A stretch of DNA of 64,000 nt from Lama guanicoe (Eukaryota). A program made the translations under genes and the position numbers. Of this stretch, positions 58,400 to 64,000 are shown in pieces (position 1 is the stretch's first letter; each line of letters starts with the position of its first letter). Location: assembly GCA_013239625.1 (NCBI GenBank), contig MU054831.1:435457-499456 (forward strand), given 5' to 3'. Under the pieces are notes generated by a model. It was not told the DNA's origin. It saw only the letters and a program-made list of their open reading frames with translations, and did not search any database.

Positions 58400-59300
58400 A
58401 GGCACTGGGCTGCCTTGTAAAAGGACCCTGGATTTCACTGCTCTAAGACGACATCGGTCCACATGGAGCCTGGGCTGCTGCGTCGCCTTTGGGCCTGAAA
58501 CACACTGGGACAGTGACTTCTCTGATGCTGACTCGCTGCATGAGGGCCCGACAACCTGCTACGAACGGGCTCTGTTCTGTGTGAGGGGGGCTCAGTGGGG
58601 AAGGCGGTGCAAGGGGGACAGGAGTGGAGGGACAGGACGGGGCAGATTGTGGGGACTCTGGGGACTTGAGTCCTCAGTGGGACAGGAGCCCTGGGCAGGC
58701 TGGACATTTTGGGAGGCCCACTCCCTCCCGCGGAGAGTGGGCTGCAGGCCTGCGGATTAGGTGGCTGCTTTCCCGCGCAGGTGATGGAGGCCGGAAGCTG
58801 GGACCAAGCTGGGAGCAGCAGAGCTGAGAAAGTGCTGGACTCTGGATCAATCTTGAAGGTAGAGTTAAGACGCCGCACTGGATGTGGTGCATAAGAGAAG
58901 GGAGAGATAAAGGAAGATTCCAAGATTTCTGACCCAAAGACTTTGAGACAAGAGTGAATGCTGACTGAGCTTGAGCAAAATGGAGGAGAGCTCGGGGACT
59001 GAAGTCGCCCGGTCAGGTCTGGATGCCTCATGCTCTGGGGGCAGGCGGGCGCCCAGCACTGCCCACGTGGCGTGTGCAGCTGGACTCGCGAGTCTGGGTC
59101 CAGGACAGACACTGGGGTCCACACAGATGTGGGTGCTGTGCGCACGTATGTGGTAGCCAGAGTCACACGACTGGACAGGCTTGTGAGGAGAGAGAAGAGG
59201 GGAAAAGTCCCCAGATCGAACCCCAGGCTATGCCCCAACCCAGGACGGTCAGCAAAGATGGCCGGGGGTGACTGGGTGACAGATGGTGAGAGTGACACCC
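58400..59300 (-). mobile_element. L2 (LINE-2) fragments in PPP1R7 intron
   Basis: tctggatcaatcttgaaggtagag...ggatgtgg...gattccaagatttctgacc is typical L2 antisense; boundaries approximate. Confidence 0.6.
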
Positions 59301-60210
59301 TGCGGGCCAAGGGAGGAGGGCCTCAGGGAGAGCAGTGGTCAAGGGTCCACTGGGAAGTAAGATGGGGTGGCGGGGACACTGACCCAGCCTTGTCTCCACT
59401 GGCGGAGAGACCCTCAAACGGGTCCCCGTGGGAGAGCGCCTGACTACGGGGGGTCCAGGAAAGAGGGTGGTGGTGAGGGGACAGCCAGGCAGGACACCTG
59501 TGGGAGCAGGTGGTGGTGGGTGGGGAGGGAGGGCTCAGACACAGGGGGCTGGCTCAGAGGACCCTCCGCCTGTGGTGGCGGGAGGGTGCAGACAGGGGCT
59601 GCGAATGTGGGGCACCCACTTCAGCAAGAATGTCGGCTGAGGGGAGTCATGAGGACAGAGGAGACCAACCCGGGGAGAGAGGTGGACAGGCGCCCGCTGA
59701 CCTCTGGCTGTGGGGAGCCCCGGGGCAGCACTGAAGTCAGCATGTTCAGGACGAGCCTATCAGCGCCCTCTGTCCCGTTACTGCCGTGTGCAGCGTCTGG
59801 GTGAGTGTGACGGGGCGGGGTGGGCAGTGATGACCACAGGGTCCGGGACCTAAGGGAGGGGAGGAGGGCGGGCAGCGAGAAGGCAGCAGACGGGGGCAGT
59901 AGGGGGGCAGGTCCTGATGGGGCCGGGTTGCTGGAGGTGGCTCCTGGGGCCGGCCGGGTGAGATGGGCACTGGAGGGGGTGGGCGTCCAGCTGTGCTGGA
60001 AGGAGTCGTGGCTTCTCTATAGGTGAGGGGTCATGGGGCGGGTAGCTGGGAAGATGGCCCTGATGGTGCCATGCGGCAGAGCGAGGCCGGGGCTAAGGGA
60101 GAGGCCGGCGGCCGTGGACGAAACTCGCTTACCCCTGAGCTCCTTCCAGTGACACAGGCCTGGTCTCAGGCTTCATCAGGGCGGGTCTCCAGGAGGTCCG
60201 GGCCCTAACT

Positions 60211-60278
60211 CCAAACTCGGCCTCCCCTGGAGACTCTGCTGGAGCCAAACTCGGTCTCCCCTGGAGACTCTGCTGGAG
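60211..60278. repeat. 34-bp tandem duplication
   Basis: ccaaactcgg(c/t)ctcccctggagactctgctggag x2, one mismatch. Confidence 0.9.
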
Positions 60279-63200
60279 CCCGTCTGGGGGCTTTATGAGC
60301 GTGGGCTCAGAGGGGCTGCATCTGAGCCCGTGGCCCACAGACTGCTGGGGCAGCCAGACACCAAGGATGTGAGATCCCTACCCGGGCAGGGATGGGCTCC
60401 ACTGTGCCCCAGCTCTGCTCCCTGCCTTGAGCCGGTGGTCTTGTGCCCAGACTGCCCAGCCTTCGGCCACAGTGACAGGCAATCCCTGGCCGTGGGGCTC
60501 CAGGGCCCTTTTGCACAGCTCTCTGCAGCTTGTCCCGACTCCAGCTGCCGTAAACTCCGGCCTCTGCTTCTTCAGCTCCAGAGCTGCTCATTCCGAAACT
60601 GCTTCAAGGCAGAGAGCGGGGCTCCCTCTGAGCTTCCCTGTTCTCAGGACCTGCCTGCTATCTCTGCCTGAGGAGAGTCGCCTTGCCTCTGTGTTTATGG
60701 TGGGGCCTGGTCTGGTACGAGGTCCACTGTCACAGCCAGACTGTTGTTCACAACTTACTGCAGGCGATGGCTCTCCCAGAGGACAAAGGGCGCAAGGCCT
60801 CCCAGGCTGGCCCCTTTTGCAGGGCTTCACGTGGGTCCAGTGTGCTTTCCTTGAGGACGGCCTGAGCCTGCTTCTGAGGGTGGAGACTTGAGGGACCTGA
60901 CCCCAGGCAGCTCCCCTGGCGCCGCCTCTGGAGTGGGGACAGCTCCTTCAGGACAAACCCTCAAACATTACTTTTCTGGCAAGCGTGAATCTATCACAGA
61001 TCTGGACGACGCGAGCTGTCCCTGCGGCCAAGGTGCCGTGTGTGAAGCCAGAGCCGTGGGAGGGCCTGTCCACATGGCTGTGGTGGCAGCAGGGCGGTTA
61101 CAGGAAGACCCCCCGCTGTGGGGTCACTACAAAGGCCGTGTCCCTTAGACACCGTTGCCTCAAAGCACCCACAGCACGTACTCCTTCAGCGAAAGCAGCG
61201 ACGTCACATTGCTTGGGAGAAGCACAGCTCTGCAGTGTTGCGGTGGCTGCCCCGGGCTCGCGGCCGGCGCCGCCCCTTCCTCCTCCAGTCTCGGGTCCCC
61301 GCCACACACTGTGTGCTCCCTGCTGCACGTCATGATGCTCCCCGCGTCTGCGTCCCAGCCGCCCCCTGTGGTGGCTGTCCCTGCAAACTCCAGGACGTGC
61401 CGCAGTCTGGCCGGCAGAGGTGGCCCTGGGCACGTCCCTCACCACTGACGGCAGCTGTAAAGGATGTGTCCAACACAGAGCTCTGCAGACGCTTATTCTT
61501 GTGTTTTTCCAAAATGGAACTCGAAACCCTTCACCGGTGTCATCTCCACAGAGATTCCAGAATCTCCGGAATCCGCACTGGGGGAAAAGAGCGGCCTTTG
61601 TTTGTCTAAGTTCTTCACAACGAGCACGGCGTTGGGGAGCGACCTTCCAGAGATGTCTGGCTTCTTCCAGAATCTCTCCCCAGAAGGTACAACTTTTATT
61701 TTCTTCTAGTCCAGGCCCTTCCCCACCTCCTTCTCAGTTTTTTTCCTGTTAAATGAAACTGACTTTTAAAGAAACGCAGAGCAGTCCTCATTCTGGACCT
61801 GTCTGCCTGTCTCCTGGCTGTCCCCAAGCTTGTCCCTCTGGTCCCTGTGCCTCCCATAAACTGGAGTCAGGTCTCAATGCCTGGTTAGATCAGATTAAGC
61901 ATTTTTGGCAGGGATGCTTCACAGACGAACCACATCAGAGGACGTGGCATTAGGCTGCCCCACTGTCAGGGACGACAAGCTGGATCCGTGGACAAGCTGT
62001 GACCCTGGGTGACTCTGGGGAGCACACTTCCCCTTTGCAATCAGCAAGTTCTCGGCGGGGTGGCACCTGGTACCTGTGCAAACACGCTGCTCTTCAGTGG
62101 CCCCCGCCTGAATCAGCTGCTGGGTCTCTGTCAGAACGTTGCCCTGGATGGGGTGTTCCCGGCAGACTGTCTCATGGTTCAAAACCCAAACTTCACAGGA
62201 GTGTGTACCTCCCACTACAGTGTTTGGGGGTTTTTGGCAGATATTTACATAGAATTTTTACATCTACTCCTCTCAAGTTCAGTAATATTTTAAGCAGAGC
62301 AGAGTTGTGGAAGAATTCTCAAGATGCATCTCATACAATAAAACCGCCCCGACAAAGGGGGTGTGTGCCTTGTATGTTGCTGGCAGCGAAGGAGGTGCCT
62401 GTTACTTCACATAAGGCTGAGGGTTCGAGAGAGAGCAGGAGAGGGCCCCCTGGGCACAGCCAGTCTTTCCAGGACCCCCGCAGAGGTGGACTCCTGTCCC
62501 TGCTGCCGCATCCGGCCTGTCAAGGACGAGTCACTGAGGCCGGCACGTGCGCGGGGAGCGGAACCCACAGTGGGAGTGCCAGGACCTGGGGGTGGGGGGC
62601 CATCGTTCACCTTGGCTTCTCCTGACGCCATTCCCCCTTGGGACGGGCTGCGTCCCCCTGCTTCTGTGCACACCTGGAGCTGCCCTGCTGCCAGACTCGG
62701 GGACACCACACTGCCGCGTGTCCGGGTCCTGTTGTCCTCCATTAAGAAGCGTCCTTCTGCAGAGCGCCTGGTCCTGCGGAGGCTTCAAGGTGGCGCTTTC
62801 TCCGTCCCCACGTGTGGCTGTGGGGATGTCGGTGGGACACCTGAGGTGTTGGGGGCAGCAACATCACATCTGTTTCAGTGCATTTAAAAAAAAATTAATG
62901 AGGTAAGCAGTGTTTCCTGTAGCTACAAGCACTGTCACTGCACCCTTGTGGCTGCCAGCTCACGCCCTCTGTCCTCCACTGTGAGATGCCATGGTGGGGC
63001 CGCCATCAAGACAAGGACGTTGGCCTCATCTGGTGTCTCTGCAGGCACGTTTCTCCACGTGCTCCCAACTGCCCTGCCATGCCTCCTACGTTCTTCCCCC
63101 GTTCAACCAGGTCTGTGTCAGGCACAACCACACGACTGGTGAGGTGGAGCTTATACTCCACAGAGGCGAGAGTCACAGACAGGCCGTGACGAGTGACTGG

Positions 63201-64000
63201 GGCTGGACTTGCCCTTTTGGTTACACTCTAGAACAGGACACTGTATATGAGACAACTGTCTTCGTACACTGGATGACAGGCAACCCAGGACAGTGCCCGA
63301 GGGGAGGGACACCGATGGCCGTGCTCTGTGCTCACCCTGGCCTCTGCCTGGAGGCACTTTCTGGAACACAGGGAGGGATCCAAGCACAGCCTGGGGGCCA
63401 CGCTGAGTCCAGGGGTGGCTGTAGGTGGGGGAGGCAGAGTAGCTGGAATTTCTGGAGGCAAGTGAAACGGGCCAAAGAGCAGTGGCCCAGAAGCCGTGTG
63501 CCCAGGCAGGGCGTGCTGTGTCTGTTTTCTCACCACCAGTGTGGAGAGCCCTGGGGAACGCCTGGGCGTCCACACAGTCCCGAGAAGGGTCACGGCCTGG
63601 AAGCAGGGCAGCCCGGCCCGAGGGGACAGGCCACTCAGACTCACTGTGAAAAGATCAGGAGAGCTTTCGTAGCCTCAGGAGCATCGAGCAGGGACTTAAC
63701 TGTCTGCCAGATAAAAAGTCCAGCACACTTCAAAGGAAAGCAGCAACAATCCAGACGCTCAATAATCCAACATCACAATGCTCAGCGTCTAAGAAAGCCT
63801 GTCCGCCCACGGGAGGGAGGGAGGACGAGGGAACACGAGGAAAGGAAGAGGATTTACAAAGATGAACCAAATGCTCCCTCAGAGTGGAAAAGCACATCTG
63901 AGATAAAAGCCTGACTCCGTGGGCCTAACGGTGGACGGGCACCGCGGCGGCGGCGGTCACGGCCCGGAGCCAGAGGGACAGAACCACGCAGACGCAGGCA

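Noticed and set aside
62991-63914. 307-aa + strand ORF
   Set aside because: Lies in a PPP1R7 intron on the antisense strand, probably over degraded repeat; no domain.
1-64000. CRISPR array, operon or other prokaryote-type system
   Set aside because: The sequence is spliced mammalian DNA; no repeat-spacer arrays are present.

Overview
GC-rich mammalian genomic DNA with the synteny of human 2q37.3. A camelid origin is likely, inferred from two Vic-1-like tRNA-derived SINEs. The window holds three genes. (1) HDLBP/vigilin on the + strand is intact: 24 coding exons from the window edge to TAA at 24406-24408, all GT-AG and frame-continuous, with proximal and distal AATAAA signals. (2) ANO7 (TMEM16G/NGEP) on the - strand (~28.5-52.5 kb) has 24 traceable exon remnants but appears to be a unitary pseudogene. 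It carries an in-frame TAG, at least 8 frameshifted exons, non-GT donors, in-frame deletions in transmembrane segments and loss of two Ca2+-coordinating glutamates. (3) The last coding exon and poly(A) signal of PPP1R7/Sds22 lie on the - strand. The rest is intronic or intergenic, with L1, L2, MaLR LTR and SINE copies (several with visible TSDs), two intragenic CpG islands, telomere-variant repeats and two N gaps. Most ORF-track entries are chance ORFs in GC-rich DNA. I found no wholly new gene system; the most notable result is the ANO7 loss and the AT-to-GC skew of its decay. Comparisons with human proteins and exon numbering are from recall and need a real alignment.
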